Assembly (NCBI GenBank): GCA_963835575.1
Contig: CAWIGG010000002.1
Location: 1,568,001-1,632,000 of the forward strand
Origin: an uncultured Spirochaetota bacterium
Lineage (GTDB): Bacteria > Spirochaetota > Brevinematia > Brevinematales > JAOACQ01
Reading direction: 5' to 3'
Length of the DNA: 64,000 nucleotides
Within the stretch, counting starts at the first letter, position 1. The number at the start of each line of letters is the position of its first letter. Below the pieces are notes generated by a model. The model ran no database searches. It was not told the DNA's origin and was given only the letters and a program-made list of their open reading frames with translations. Position numbers and translations under genes: made by a program. This document shows, in pieces, positions 40,966-51,531 of this stretch.

Positions 40966-43815
40966 ATGAAAAAATTACTCTGTATTACTGTCTTTTTTCT
41001 CTGCGCGAACCTTCTCCATCCATTCGGTAAAAATAAAGTCGTTTATTATCCTTCAGAGTGGCAGATTCTGGAATCACAGCATTTCAGAATATATCTGCCT
41101 AAAGACAATCTTTTTCTCTCCAATGAAATACTCTCTACCGCGGAGGAAATATTCGCCCATCATTCAACAGCATTCGGCTATACTCCCAGGGTCAGAATAA
41201 AAATTATTCTCTATAACAACCAGATTGATTTTCAGCAGAATAACATTATGGACTGGACCAGCCCCGGCACCGGCGGCTTTACTGAATTTCTTAAGGGGCG
41301 CGTTGTTGTGCCCTACTCCTCTTTTTATCCTGATTTTTACCATGTGCTTTCCCATGAAATCAATCACGCCTTTCAGGGTTATAGGTGGGGCAAAGGAGAG
41401 ATGAACCGTTTTATATTACAGGACATCGATATACCGCTCTGGCTGATTGAAGGCGCCTCCGAATTCAACTCCATCGGCGTTGATAAGGAGTGTGAGATGA
41501 TCATCGCCGACGGCCTGATTAACGGCATTCTTCCTTCCCTTCAGGAATTGTCTGATCTATACCGGCTCGGACCCAATGATTATTTTTATGTCTATAAAGA
41601 AGGGCAGATATTCTACCAATTCATTCAGGACAAATACGGCAGGGGAGTCTATTCCCGTTTCAACGACTCAATTTCTGAGAATAAAACATTTGAGCAGGTC
41701 CTCACCAATTTTTTCTCGGAGCGTTTCGATCAGCTTAATGCGGAATTTTTTGATTATCTCCGTAAAAAATATCTCCCGAATATTTCAAATCTGGCAAGTA
41801 TTGAATTAACCGCGAGAAAAATAATGAAAGAAGACACAGGATTCAACATGAATCCTGTGTCGCTCGGCTCGAACAGGACCGCGTTTATCAGCGATAGGGA
41901 AATATACCCTTCTATCGTCATTTTTGACGGAGAAAAAGATTCTCTAACAAGAATAGTCAAAGGCGGGTTTGATGAGGATTTTCTGGAATTCCAGTACGGA
42001 AAGAGAAACAATCTTTCCGTCAGCACAAACGGCCTTTTGTGTTTTGTTTCGAGAAGCGGCGGAGAGGATTCTCTTTTTCTTTATTCCTTTAAAAAGAATA
42101 ATACGGAAAAAATAAGCCTTCCTTTCAGGATCATAAATTCTCCGGAAATCTCCCCGGACGGCGGCAGAATCGTTTTTTCCGCCGTTCAGAACCAGCAGGC
42201 GCACATATTTATTTATGACAGGCAGACAAAAACTACGAAAGCCGTAACAAGCGGCGAATTCTATGACAGTCAGCCCAGGTTTCTGGGGACAAACCGGATC
42301 GTTTTTGTTTCCAACCGGAAGAACGGCATTAAAAGCCAGAATATGGATATCTTTATCTATAACCTCGATAATAATAAATATGAGCTGGTGCTGGACACTT
42401 CTTTTTCCGATGAATACCCGGCCGTGTCAAAGGACATGGAAAGCATAGCCTTTATTAAAATGGACATCCATCCTTCCCTTATGATATATTCCCTGAAAGA
42501 AAAAAAGCTCTATGAGGAAATTGTGCCGACCGGGGGTGTTTTTTCTCCGTCTTATGATGAAAATGGAGATATCCTTCTTACAGCATATAATAAAAACCGT
42601 TATAATATTTTCAGATATACTCCTTCCTGCAAAAAAACAATAACTAATTTTTATCATTCCGGCATATTTTCGCAGGAAACCGCCGAAACTTTTTCTCCCT
42701 ATCCGGGCATTTCACTTCAGCCATATAAAACGGAGCTTTCCATTGACGCGCTTTTCGGCGGTTTTGTCCTTAATACCTCACTCGGGGCGGCGGCGCTCGG
42801 TATGCTGCAGTTCAGCGATCTTATGGGTGATGAACGTTATCAGCTGCTGATTGATACAACCATCATTCTGAACAGCAGTTTTCTTGACTATCTGAACGCT
42901 GACTTCACCTATCTCAATCTTAAAAACCGCCATAACTACGGCATAAGGATCTTTCAATACAGCAATTATTTTTATGAACTCAATACGCTTCAGGAATTTT
43001 ATAATATGGAAAGGGCTTACGATAAAACCTACGGCGGCTTTATCCTTTACAGCTATCCTTTTTCGACCTTTGACAGAATAGAAGCGCAATTAGGGTACAG
43101 AGGATTCAATTTTATAACCAATGTTGAGACAGACGGCACAAACATCTTCTATGATTATGATTATCAAAATAGAAACCTGGTGAGTTTATCCTTTGTTCAT
43201 GATTCCACTCTCTGGGATATTACAGGACCGATAGACGGAATCCGCTATGAACTGACGCTCTCCAAATCATTCCCGCTTTATCAAAATTCGCTTAATTATG
43301 AAAAGGCGGTCCTGGATTTCAGAAGCTACTTTATGATACTGCCCAACCTTATATCAGGCTATTCTTTCGCCTTCAGGGCTGTGGCCGGTAAAGTTTTCGA
43401 TACCGACAAAAATAAATATCCTTTTTATCTGGGCGGATTTAATTCCATCCGCGGTTATGACCTCTGGAGTTTCCAGGGCGATAATATGTTTCTTTTTAAT
43501 TTTGAACTCAGAATCCCTTTCATCTATGACTGGACCATCGGCTTCCCGTTTCCGCTCAGAATGCCCACTATCTGGGGAGTGATTTTCTGGGATTTCGGTT
43601 CAGTATGGAATTCAGAACAGTCCCTTGTGTTATTCGAAACGAGGGATGGCGCCACTTATTTCAAAGATCTCAAAAGCGGCCTTGGATTCGGTTTCCGCCT
43701 GGTCCTCCTGCCGGCCATTAAACTGATGGTTAATTTTGCGGTGCCTTATGACTGCTCGCCGGTCCCGCCGCTCAGCGCATGGCAATCTTTCTGGCTGATT
43801 GGAATCGATTTTTAA
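40966..43815 (+). CDS. outer-membrane protein: peptidase MA-like domain, PD40 beta-propeller and Omp85/BamA-type barrel
   Basis: FGKNKV, GGFTE, SHEINH, PLWLIEG, SPDG repeats, FYLGGFNSIRGY and terminal Phe. Confidence 0.82.
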   Translation: MKKLLCITVFFLCANLLHPFGKNKVVYYPSEWQILESQHFRIYLPKDNLFLSNEILSTAEEIFAHHSTAFGYTPRVRIKIILYNNQIDFQQNNIMDWTSPGTGGFTEFLKGRVVVPYSSFYPDFYHVLSHEINHAFQGYRWGKGEMNRFILQDIDIPLWLIEGASEFNSIGVDKECEMIIADGLINGILPSLQELSDLYRLGPNDYFYVYKEGQIFYQFIQDKYGRGVYSRFNDSISENKTFEQVLTNFFSERFDQLNAEFFDYLRKKYLPNISNLASIELTARKIMKEDTGFNMNPVSLGSNRTAFISDREIYPSIVIFDGEKDSLTRIVKGGFDEDFLEFQYGKRNNLSVSTNGLLCFVSRSGGEDSLFLYSFKKNNTEKISLPFRIINSPEISPDGGRIVFSAVQNQQAHIFIYDRQTKTTKAVTSGEFYDSQPRFLGTNRIVFVSNRKNGIKSQNMDIFIYNLDNNKYELVLDTSFSDEYPAVSKDMESIAFIKMDIHPSLMIYSLKEKKLYEEIVPTGGVFSPSYDENGDILLTAYNKNRYNIFRYTPSCKKTITNFYHSGIFSQETAETFSPYPGISLQPYKTELSIDALFGGFVLNTSLGAAALGMLQFSDLMGDERYQLLIDTTIILNSSFLDYLNADFTYLNLKNRHNYGIRIFQYSNYFYELNTLQEFYNMERAYDKTYGGFILYSYPFSTFDRIEAQLGYRGFNFITNVETDGTNIFYDYDYQNRNLVSLSFVHDSTLWDITGPIDGIRYELTLSKSFPLYQNSLNYEKAVLDFRSYFMILPNLISGYSFAFRAVAGKVFDTDKNKYPFYLGGFNSIRGYDLWSFQGDNMFLFNFELRIPFIYDWTIGFPFPLRMPTIWGVIFWDFGSVWNSEQSLVLFETRDGATYFKDLKSGLGFGFRLVLLPAIKLMVNFAVPYDCSPVPPLSAWQSFWLIGIDF

Positions 43816-43825
43816 GGAGAAATAA

Positions 43826-45178
43826 ATGTCCGAATTAAAAGTGAGTATCTCCGGGATCCGGGGAATTTGGGGCGAGAGCCTTAATCTGAAAACCCTTATT
43901 GAGTTTACAAAAGCTTTCGGCCTTTTTGTAAAAAAAACAGGCGGAAATAAAATCCTTTTAGGACGGGACGCGCGCCCTACGGGAAAAATGATTTCTCTGA
44001 CGGTATCGGGTATTTTAAACTCGATGGGGATCGATGTTCTGGACTGCGGGATAATCCCCACTCCATCGATACTTTACGGGGTCAGAAAATTAAAACTCGG
44101 CGGCGGCATCATCATTACCGCGTCCCATAATCCCATAGAATGGAACGCCCTGAAATTTGTCAGGCATGACGGGACTTTTACAAATGAGAAAGATATAAAA
44201 ATTATTCAATCAAATCTGGGAAAGGACTTAAAAGAAAATCTCTACAATAAGATCGGGAAATACGAGGAGACATCGCTGATTGAAGAGATGCATATTCAGG
44301 AAATCCTTAAAAATGTTTCGGCCCCTCTCATCCGGAAAAAGAAATTTAAAGTTGTCCTGGACCCGGTTAACAGCGCCGGAAGCCGGATCACAGCGGAACT
44401 TCTTAAAGAGCTGGGCTGTTCCGTCCATCTTGTCAACGGAGAGATAAACGGGACATTCGGCAGGGGAACGGAGCCGAACCCGGCCAATTTAACTCATTTA
44501 ACCGCCATCATCAGAAAAACAAAAGCCGATATCGGCTTTGCCCAGGACCCTGATGCCGACAGGCTTGTCGTTATCGATGAAAAAGGAGCCGTTTTGAGTG
44601 AGGAGATGACGTTAGCTCTGGCGGCAGAGCATATCCTTTCGGAAAACCCGGGGGATATTGTCGTGAATCTTTCCACTTCCATGCTCTGCGAATGGCTGGC
44701 GCGGAAATACGGCGTCCGCTGTTACCGGACAAAAGTGGGCGAAGCCAATGTAGTCGATGGAATAATAAAGAGGAAAGCCCGCATCGGCGGCGAGGGAAAC
44801 GGCGGCGTGATCTATCCGAAGATCAACTGCGCTAGGGACAGCCTTGTGGGCATAGCCCTTATTCTGGAATTAATGACAAAAAGAAAGAAAAGCATTTCTA
44901 AAATAGCAGGAGAATTTCCCTCTTATCCGATGAAAAAAGAGAAATTCACATTCAAAGGCAATATCAATACATTATATAAGGATATTAAGGCTTCATTCAA
45001 AAAAGCTGTCATCAACGAAGCCGACGGCCTCCGCCTGGAATGGGATGAGAAAGGGAATAAAATATGGCTGCACATCCGGCCATCAAATACGGAGCCGGTT
45101 GTCCGCGTCATCGGCGAATCAGTGGATGAGGCCCTGCTGGATGAAAGCCTGATGATAATAAAGAAACTCATTTCTTGA
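43826..45178 (+). CDS. phosphohexomutase (PMM/PGM/GlmM family)
   Basis: SGIRG, TASHNP, DPDADR, GGEGNGG and RPSNTEP motifs. Confidence 0.92.
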   Translation: MSELKVSISGIRGIWGESLNLKTLIEFTKAFGLFVKKTGGNKILLGRDARPTGKMISLTVSGILNSMGIDVLDCGIIPTPSILYGVRKLKLGGGIIITASHNPIEWNALKFVRHDGTFTNEKDIKIIQSNLGKDLKENLYNKIGKYEETSLIEEMHIQEILKNVSAPLIRKKKFKVVLDPVNSAGSRITAELLKELGCSVHLVNGEINGTFGRGTEPNPANLTHLTAIIRKTKADIGFAQDPDADRLVVIDEKGAVLSEEMTLALAAEHILSENPGDIVVNLSTSMLCEWLARKYGVRCYRTKVGEANVVDGIIKRKARIGGEGNGGVIYPKINCARDSLVGIALILELMTKRKKSISKIAGEFPSYPMKKEKFTFKGNINTLYKDIKASFKKAVINEADGLRLEWDEKGNKIWLHIRPSNTEPVVRVIGESVDEALLDESLMIIKKLIS

Positions 45179-45204
45179 ATAAAATCCGCCGACCTTCTTT
45201 TAAA

Positions 45205-45758
45205 CACGAAGAACACCAAGAGCATCCTTCGCTAACGCTCAGGACAGGCTCCGAGTCACCAACGGGGTAATCCGCGAAGGCACGCGAATAGACGCGAATG
45301 GGGGAAGTTCGGTTAAATTTAAGAGGACAGGAGGTCAGGAAGAACCGGGGAATAGTTTTGGGTGTCATTTTTATTTTCTTTTCTTTATCATTATCAACAA
45401 GCCTTTTAATATAATTTTTCTGTAATTGAAAACACAGAGGGCACAGAGAAAAAAGAGAGCACGGAGAGTTTTTGTTTTGAATAATCCAGATTGTTTAATC
45501 CGTTACTCGATAGCATAGATAATTGATAAGGTAGGCTACGCCTGTTATACAAAAGAAATCAAATAAAAAAACCTTCAATTGTTTTATAAAAGCCGATGTA
45601 TCGACCCCAATTCATCGCGGATGACGCGGATTAGACGGATTGGCGGCGGATTTTATTTTTATTGACTTTTCTGGCTTTACGACTTTGCGAGAGATATTAA
45701 TTCACGCAAAGACGCAGAGGCAAGAGGGAAGAAAAGGTGGGCTATGCCCGCTGGACAA
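45205..45758 (+). repeat. left array of ordered repeat motifs (A-E)
   Basis: CGCGAAT x3 (45271), CAGGAAG (45327), CACAGAG x3 (45433), CGGAT x4 (45616), GGCTATGCC..GGACAA (45737); mirrored at 63396-63725. Confidence 0.8.
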
Positions 45759-45768
45759 AATATTTTAT

Positions 45769-47052
45769 GGGCGGTTTTAAAAACCGCCTAATTTATCAAC
45801 ACTTCCCTGATAATAGAAAATATTTTCAAAATATTTCTGCCAACAGGTTAAAAACTGTTTCTATTACCAAAATTCAGCCAAACACGGGCAATATTATCCA
45901 TATCTTCTGTATTTTAAGCCGCACAAGACGCAATTCGACCTTTTACCACAACATACCGTGCTAAATTATAAACCAGATTCATCAGCCCGATTTGGCTCTC
46001 TGCCCTTTCTTTTCCTATCGATCGTATTGTACTGCCGTTCATACTATTTTCAACAAAACCAAAAACATGCTCAACACGAACTCGGATGCGGCTCTTTCTT
46101 CTATTTTTTTCTTTCTGCTTCTCCGTCAATGGCTTATTTCTGTATCCTTTTTCGTGAATCCGGTTTTTCATCTCAAATTTTTCTAATATTCCTGCTACCG
46201 TTGGGCCAACATATGCGCTGTCCGCGTAAAACGGCTTCCCTTTGTCTTTCTCATTCAATAGAGGTTCAACTACCTGTGAATCGTGAACGCTCGCATCTGT
46301 CGTGACATAAGAACGAATAAGTTTTGACTTCACATCAACCTTTGTATGGTTTTTGTATCCGTAATGCCTCTCTTTATTCTTGGTCATCCAGCGCGCATCC
46401 GTGTCTTTATGGGAAAGCTTATGCGTATTATCTTTCCAATCTTCCGGAACCTCGCCTTCTTTTATTTTCTTGTTTTCTTCGCGGCTGTTCCTCTGCCGGG
46501 GAACATCCACAAAACTTGCGTCTACCATAACGCCCGCTTTCCCTATCACACCTTTATTCTCAAGATTCTCATCGAATATTTTAAAAAGTTTCTCTATTGC
46601 TTTCGCTTTCATCAGTTTTTCCTTGAATTCCCAGATTTTACTGTAGTCCGGAACTTTGTCCGAAAGTGTTATCCCAAGATATCGCTGAACGGATAACCTG
46701 TCATTGATCTGAAATTCCGCTTGCTCATCGGAAAGATTGTAATACCTCTGGAATATCAGTATCTTGAACATGAAAACATAGTCATAATGTGGCGCTCCGC
46801 CCGGCGCCTTCTGCTCTTTCGGCGCCAAAATCTCTGTTAACAGCGGCCGGAACATCTCAAAGTCTACAACCCTGTTAAGCTTATCCAGCGGTGTTTTTAC
46901 GCCGCTTAGCTTTTCCATCCGCTCCTGATATTCAAACAAGTTACGGTCTTTCCGCTTAATTTTTGTCATAGCCTTACCTCTGTTTTCTTTGACTATGATT
47001 ATATGTTTTTATATACTATTTGTATATGATACGTGGGTTTTTCAAACCGCCC
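45769..47052 (-). mobile_element. IS5-family insertion sequence
   Basis: TIRs GGGCGGTTT(T/G)AAAAACC; 4 bp TSD TTAT. Confidence 0.9.
45914..46969 (-). CDS. IS5-family transposase
   Basis: YNLSDEQAE, VPDYS, MVDAS, YGYKNH, VHDSQ, YADSAY and RVRVEHVFG motifs. Confidence 0.93.
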   Translation of the reverse strand: MTKIKRKDRNLFEYQERMEKLSGVKTPLDKLNRVVDFEMFRPLLTEILAPKEQKAPGGAPHYDYVFMFKILIFQRYYNLSDEQAEFQINDRLSVQRYLGITLSDKVPDYSKIWEFKEKLMKAKAIEKLFKIFDENLENKGVIGKAGVMVDASFVDVPRQRNSREENKKIKEGEVPEDWKDNTHKLSHKDTDARWMTKNKERHYGYKNHTKVDVKSKLIRSYVTTDASVHDSQVVEPLLNEKDKGKPFYADSAYVGPTVAGILEKFEMKNRIHEKGYRNKPLTEKQKEKNRRKSRIRVRVEHVFGFVENSMNGSTIRSIGKERAESQIGLMNLVYNLARYVVVKGRIASCAA

Positions 47053-47092
47053 TTATATAAGTGATCAATTTTATTTGATTGAAACTGTTGTA

Positions 47093-47222
47093 CTGACCCC
47101 AATTTTACAGGATTACCAGGATTATTCGGGATTTATCATAATAACTATTAAGAATCTTCGATTTTATTTTATGATCCTGTGAATCCTGTGGTATCAAGTA
47201 AATTCTGTTGAATTGGGGACAG
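47093..47222. repeat. GACCCCAAT/CAGGATT-type repeat (motif F) with local closing arm
   Basis: CTGACCCCAATT-TTACAGGATTACCAGGATTATTCGGGATT ... ATCCTGTGAATCCTGT ... AATTGGGGACAG; inverted homologue at 63299-63346. Confidence 0.75.
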
Positions 47223-47389
47223 AATAAATATGATACTTCTAATTTTCAATTTCCGTTCAGGCGTTATTTAATCCCAGCTTTTTTCTAAAGATTGATGATA
47301 TAGTAATTCTCTACCTTTTAACCAAGCGACAAAGCCGTATCGCCGTTATTATCCTTCACGTTTACCGTAGTCAGGTCGGCAGAGGCTTT

Positions 47390-48190
47390 TTAAATTTCGA
47401 TCGTATTCCCTGTAAAATTATAAAACACTTTATCTTTGAAGGATTCTTTCATAATTGCGTATTTTTCTATGCCTGTACAGTGACAGACACCGATTTTATT
47501 GATATTATATTTTAGTAATTCGCTTATTAATCTTCCGGTCAGGTCATTATCCGCGTCTTTCAGATGAAAGCCTCCGAGAACAAGGTTTATTGGGATTTGA
47601 AAAATATCCATGGCGGATAGAACAATATTTGAAATCCCCCTGTGGGAACATCCGCTTATGATATTCATTTTATTATCGCTGATGGTCACAATAAACAATT
47701 CATCAGTAAAAGTATCCTCAAGAAAATCATCGCCGTCTTTAATGAACATATTTGTAAAATGTGTATCCCAGACGTTTTTTATATCAATATTTGGAATAAC
47801 AAAAAAACCGGGGTATATTTCGGTAACATCTTTTACAAACCTGATTCTATGACTGAATAGCGCCTTATCATTTTTTATACCGATGAATTCTTCTTTATTT
47901 TTATATTTTGGGGTAAAAAAGCCTTCTTTGATATAAATCGATGCTTTTTGATTTATCCGGCAGAACGGCTCAAGCCCTCCAGCGTGGTCGTAGTGCCCAT
48001 GGCTTATTATGACCCTATCAACCTGCGACATATCAATGCCGAGGTTCTCCGCGTTTTTTATAAAATTTCCATCCTGCCCGGTATCGAAAAGGATTTTTTT
48101 ACCGTCCATTTCTATCAGAAGCGACAATCCATGTTCCGCTGTCAAATTTTTACTGAAAACAGTATTTTCTATTAAGACGGTGATCTTCAA
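47390..48190 (-). CDS. MBL-fold metallo-hydrolase (COG1237-like)
   Basis: AEHGLS, LFDTG, SHGHYDHAGG, GCSHRG, GGFH and CHCTG motifs. Confidence 0.88.
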   Translation of the reverse strand: MKITVLIENTVFSKNLTAEHGLSLLIEMDGKKILFDTGQDGNFIKNAENLGIDMSQVDRVIISHGHYDHAGGLEPFCRINQKASIYIKEGFFTPKYKNKEEFIGIKNDKALFSHRIRFVKDVTEIYPGFFVIPNIDIKNVWDTHFTNMFIKDGDDFLEDTFTDELFIVTISDNKMNIISGCSHRGISNIVLSAMDIFQIPINLVLGGFHLKDADNDLTGRLISELLKYNINKIGVCHCTGIEKYAIMKESFKDKVFYNFTGNTIEI

Positions 48191-48210
48191 GAAACCTCCT
48201 CTGGAGCCGT

Positions 48211-48855
48211 TTATTTCCTGGCAATGACCATCATATGTTCCACTTCTTTTTTCTGCCAGGCGCTGTATTCCATAATATTTTTTATGGACACCTCGCTGTA
48301 ATTTCTCAATAAATGCCTGACCTCTTCTTCAGTGAAAAAATGGTGGATGATATCGCCGTCGGGAGCGTCGATGTGCAGGAAAGAATTATTTTCCACCTCG
48401 ATAATATCCGGCCCGGCGACATATTTGTAAAATTCGACAGGGGTGATGATTATAAACAAAATCCCTTTATCTTTAATAATGCGCTCGATTTCATAAAACA
48501 TTTTCTTTATCTCTTGATACTTTCCATGGCTCAAAACATTAATGCATACCGCGAAATCATATTTTTCATGAATACCGGTCAGGTCCCTTAAATCGAATTG
48601 AGAAACCTTCACGTTATAAGAAGGTTTAAGATTTTGTTTTAGAATTTCTAGGGCGTTTACAGATGAATCGACAGCATGCACAAAATATCCTTTTTCGGCA
48701 AAATAGATGGAATACCTCCCGGTTCCGCACCCTAAATCTATTATTTTTTTAATATCGTTTTGCTTCATTATATTTTCAAAACATTCAATCAGGTTTTCAT
48801 TAGGTGTGCTGATGATCAAGTCCCGGTTTTTAAATAAATCGTTCCAGTCTGCCAT
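48211..48855 (-). CDS. class I SAM-dependent methyltransferase
   Basis: IIDLGCGTGR motif; RBS AGGAG before ATG 48855. Confidence 0.85.
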   Translation of the reverse strand: MADWNDLFKNRDLIISTPNENLIECFENIMKQNDIKKIIDLGCGTGRYSIYFAEKGYFVHAVDSSVNALEILKQNLKPSYNVKVSQFDLRDLTGIHEKYDFAVCINVLSHGKYQEIKKMFYEIERIIKDKGILFIIITPVEFYKYVAGPDIIEVENNSFLHIDAPDGDIIHHFFTEEEVRHLLRNYSEVSIKNIMEYSAWQKKEVEHMMVIARK

Positions 48856-48915
48856 TTTATTCTCCTTAAATTTTGTCAAAAAATTAAACAACTGCAATTC
48901 AAATAACGGAATATA

Positions 48916-49350
48916 TTACAGCATATTTTTTGTAATCCAATTTTTCGCGTCTTCGGAAATTTCCATTTTATTTAAAATATCATCCGGAATTCTAATCGGC
49001 TTATTGTTGTCTTTCATAATAAAACAATGTTCAGTATAGCCGTAACAAAGTAAATCTTTTTCATTTCGATAAATCAGATAATCCACACGGATTTTAGCGC
49101 GGGTGATTTTTGTAAAAGCCGCGTGAATCTGGATTTCATCATCAAAGTAGGCCGGAGAAACATATTTTGTAAACACTTTTGTTACCGGCAGCAGGATGCC
49201 TTTTGTTTCCAGTTCCCTGTAATTGATCCCGCACTCACGGAATAAATTCATACGCGCCAGTTCCATCCAGATGGTATGATTGGAATGATGTATAAACCCC
49301 ATCTGGTCGCTTTCTTCGTAGCGGGCGCGGATTTTAGTGATATTTATCAT
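48916..49350 (-). CDS. acyl-CoA thioesterase (YbgC/4HBT family)
   Basis: RYEESDQMGFIHHSN..WMELAR and PAYFDD motifs. Confidence 0.88.
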   Translation of the reverse strand: MINITKIRARYEESDQMGFIHHSNHTIWMELARMNLFRECGINYRELETKGILLPVTKVFTKYVSPAYFDDEIQIHAAFTKITRAKIRVDYLIYRNEKDLLCYGYTEHCFIMKDNNKPIRIPDDILNKMEISEDAKNWITKNML

Positions 49351-49474
49351 ATAATTCACCTCAAATTTATTATTAACGTCATGGTAAAAATGCCCGCCGT
49401 AAAACCGACTTGATGCGGGAGTTTTATTCCGGCGAGACGGCGTTTCATGGAAATCTGATCGCCGGCCGCCTTTA

Positions 49475-50041
49475 TTATTCCAATGTGACAGCGATCAGAA
49501 AAGGCGCCGACTCCTTTCCGTCAGAAACAAAATCAAATTCTGCGATTTCTATATCGGGGAAAGGATTGATCCAGGTATATTTATATAACTGAATGGAATT
49601 GCCAAGGGCCCTTGTCCTTTCATTATCACCCTTCCATGCGATTTCCGCGTCAGTAGGCAATTTATCCCCGGGGTAAAACCACCAGTCGACAACATAACGC
49701 TGATAGACAATTGGTATCATTTCTTTATTTCCATTAGAATAAAATACTCTATATTCTCCTATTTTTGTTCCTTCCCGGTCATGCCATGAAGCTCCATGAA
49801 GAAAATGGATTTTTTCTGCCTTCTGATTCACTTTTATTCCTTTGATTCCCGATGGATAATCGCAGCCGGTCCTTTCTTTTGAAATACTTCCCGACAGCTG
49901 AATCATTCCGTTTACGTCAAATGTGGTACCCGCGAATACACTGACGCCGTGCGGGATTGTTTTTAAATCATTCCCCGGCTTATGATGAATTTCATTATCC
50001 AGAGAATTGGTAAAATACCCGGATAAATTGATAAACTTCAT
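49475..50041 (-). CDS. hypothetical protein (beta-sandwich-like domain)
   Basis: RBS AAGGAGG; IHFLHG..W, DWW and WINPFP segments; function unknown. Confidence 0.6.
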   Translation of the reverse strand: MKFINLSGYFTNSLDNEIHHKPGNDLKTIPHGVSVFAGTTFDVNGMIQLSGSISKERTGCDYPSGIKGIKVNQKAEKIHFLHGASWHDREGTKIGEYRVFYSNGNKEMIPIVYQRYVVDWWFYPGDKLPTDAEIAWKGDNERTRALGNSIQLYKYTWINPFPDIEIAEFDFVSDGKESAPFLIAVTLE

Positions 50042-50089
50042 ACTTCTCACCTCCTTATATGATTTTTATGGCTTTTACATTGGAGTTCA

Positions 50090-51139
50090 CTACTGTCTTT
50101 CCAGATTTACATTACAATGCGGACACTTCAATGAAGAACAGGGTATGCCGGGCTGGTGGTCGATTTTATAACCGCATTGCGGACAGGCGCAATAACCGCC
50201 CGGACCTTTACCGGATGATTCTTCGTTTTCTTTTTTGAACCTGCCTTTTTTCTGCCAGCCGAACCCTTTGCCGAAAAAAGGATTATAAAACCCTGTCGAC
50301 ACTTCATGGCTTTCTATCTGGATCACGACATAAACAAGGTTTCCGATTTCTTTAATAAGTGTTTCTCTTAACTTGTTGGAAATATTTACCGCACTCTCCA
50401 CGTTTAAATTGCCCGGCAGTTTTATCCCTAAATTGGCGGTTATAACCGCACCTTTTTTCTGCGTCTTTAAAGAGGCAATTTCTATCTTATTTTCTCCGGC
50501 TATCGATTTTATTTTCTGCTCTATTTTCCCGCCTGCGGAAACATCCAGCAATGAATCAACCGCTTCCTTCCCAAGCGAAAGAGATTCCTTGATTATATAA
50601 AGGCCGATCAGTAAAGCCAGCAAAGGATCGGCATATATCCAATATTTAGCCAGGAACAAACCGCATAAGACCGCCAGGGAAACAAAAACATCAACTCTGG
50701 AATGGACGCCGTCTGAAAGCAGGGCTATGGAATTTTCTTTTTTCCCGAAATGTATTTTCAACCGCGCCATAATTTCATTAATGACCGCCGAAAACACCAT
50801 AACCGTAAATGCAAGATAATCTATTTTTATTTTTTGAGGTTTAATAAATCCCTGATAGGCCTCATAAACGATCCCCAGACCCGTACCGAGCAATATCAAA
50901 GTGATAACGGCGCCGGCTAAAACTTCAAATTTATAATGACCGTAAGGATGTTTTTCATCGACCGGTTTTTTGGAGATTTTAATTCCGATAAATCCAATGG
51001 CTGAAGCGAAAATATCCATGAATGAATGCAGCCCTTCAGCCAAAACCGCGGCGGATTTAGTTATTATTCCCGCTGTGATTTTTCCGCCGGCTAAGATTAT
51101 GTTTATAAATATGGAAATTACAGCCACTTTTTCTTTCAT
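50090..51139 (-). CDS. cation diffusion facilitator with C-terminal Cys-rich zinc-ribbon extension
   Basis: AEGLHSFMD, HPYGHYKFE and DGVHSRVD motifs; tail GPGGYCACPQCG...PCSSLKCPHC. Confidence 0.88.
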   Translation of the reverse strand: MKEKVAVISIFINIILAGGKITAGIITKSAAVLAEGLHSFMDIFASAIGFIGIKISKKPVDEKHPYGHYKFEVLAGAVITLILLGTGLGIVYEAYQGFIKPQKIKIDYLAFTVMVFSAVINEIMARLKIHFGKKENSIALLSDGVHSRVDVFVSLAVLCGLFLAKYWIYADPLLALLIGLYIIKESLSLGKEAVDSLLDVSAGGKIEQKIKSIAGENKIEIASLKTQKKGAVITANLGIKLPGNLNVESAVNISNKLRETLIKEIGNLVYVVIQIESHEVSTGFYNPFFGKGFGWQKKGRFKKENEESSGKGPGGYCACPQCGYKIDHQPGIPCSSLKCPHCNVNLERQ

Positions 51140-51184
51140 ATCAATTCCTTCGGGGAAAGTTTTCAAATAAATTATTTGAAGATT

Positions 51185-51493
51185 TCAACTCTTTTTTATT
51201 TTTTCTATTTCTTCCTCCACTTCAGCGGCGCCTTTGTCATAGAATTTTTCCTCATCCGGTTCAAGGTGCTTCAACAGCCTTAAGAATTCCCCGGCGTGCA
51301 CCCGTTCTTCATCCGCTATGTCCTTTAACACTCCCTGTACCAGCTTATCGTCGATTGATTCCGCAAGCTGCATGTAAAGCTGGACGGCTTCGTACTCCGC
51401 GGCGATCATAAATCTCACCGCGCGGACCAGTTCTTCATGGGTTAATTTGCGGTCCTTCGCAAGGCCCGAAAATGCTGTACTGAATTCAGGCAT
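51185..51493 (-). CDS. ferritin-like (rubrerythrin-family) small protein
   Basis: AAEYEAVQLY and DIADEERVHAGEF diiron motifs. Confidence 0.85.
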   Translation of the reverse strand: MPEFSTAFSGLAKDRKLTHEELVRAVRFMIAAEYEAVQLYMQLAESIDDKLVQGVLKDIADEERVHAGEFLRLLKHLEPDEEKFYDKGAAEVEEEIEKIKKS

Positions 51494-51531
51494 GTTCTTC
51501 CTCCTGTAATTGATTATTTCTTAATATATTA

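Noticed and set aside
45180..45770. Possible CRISPR array
   Set aside because: The repeats are 7-9 nt periodic units of different families, with no constant 25-40 nt repeat or regular spacers, and no cas genes.
51185..51493. Encapsulin system with ferritin-like cargo
   Set aside because: No encapsulin shell gene in the window and no clear cargo-loading tail.
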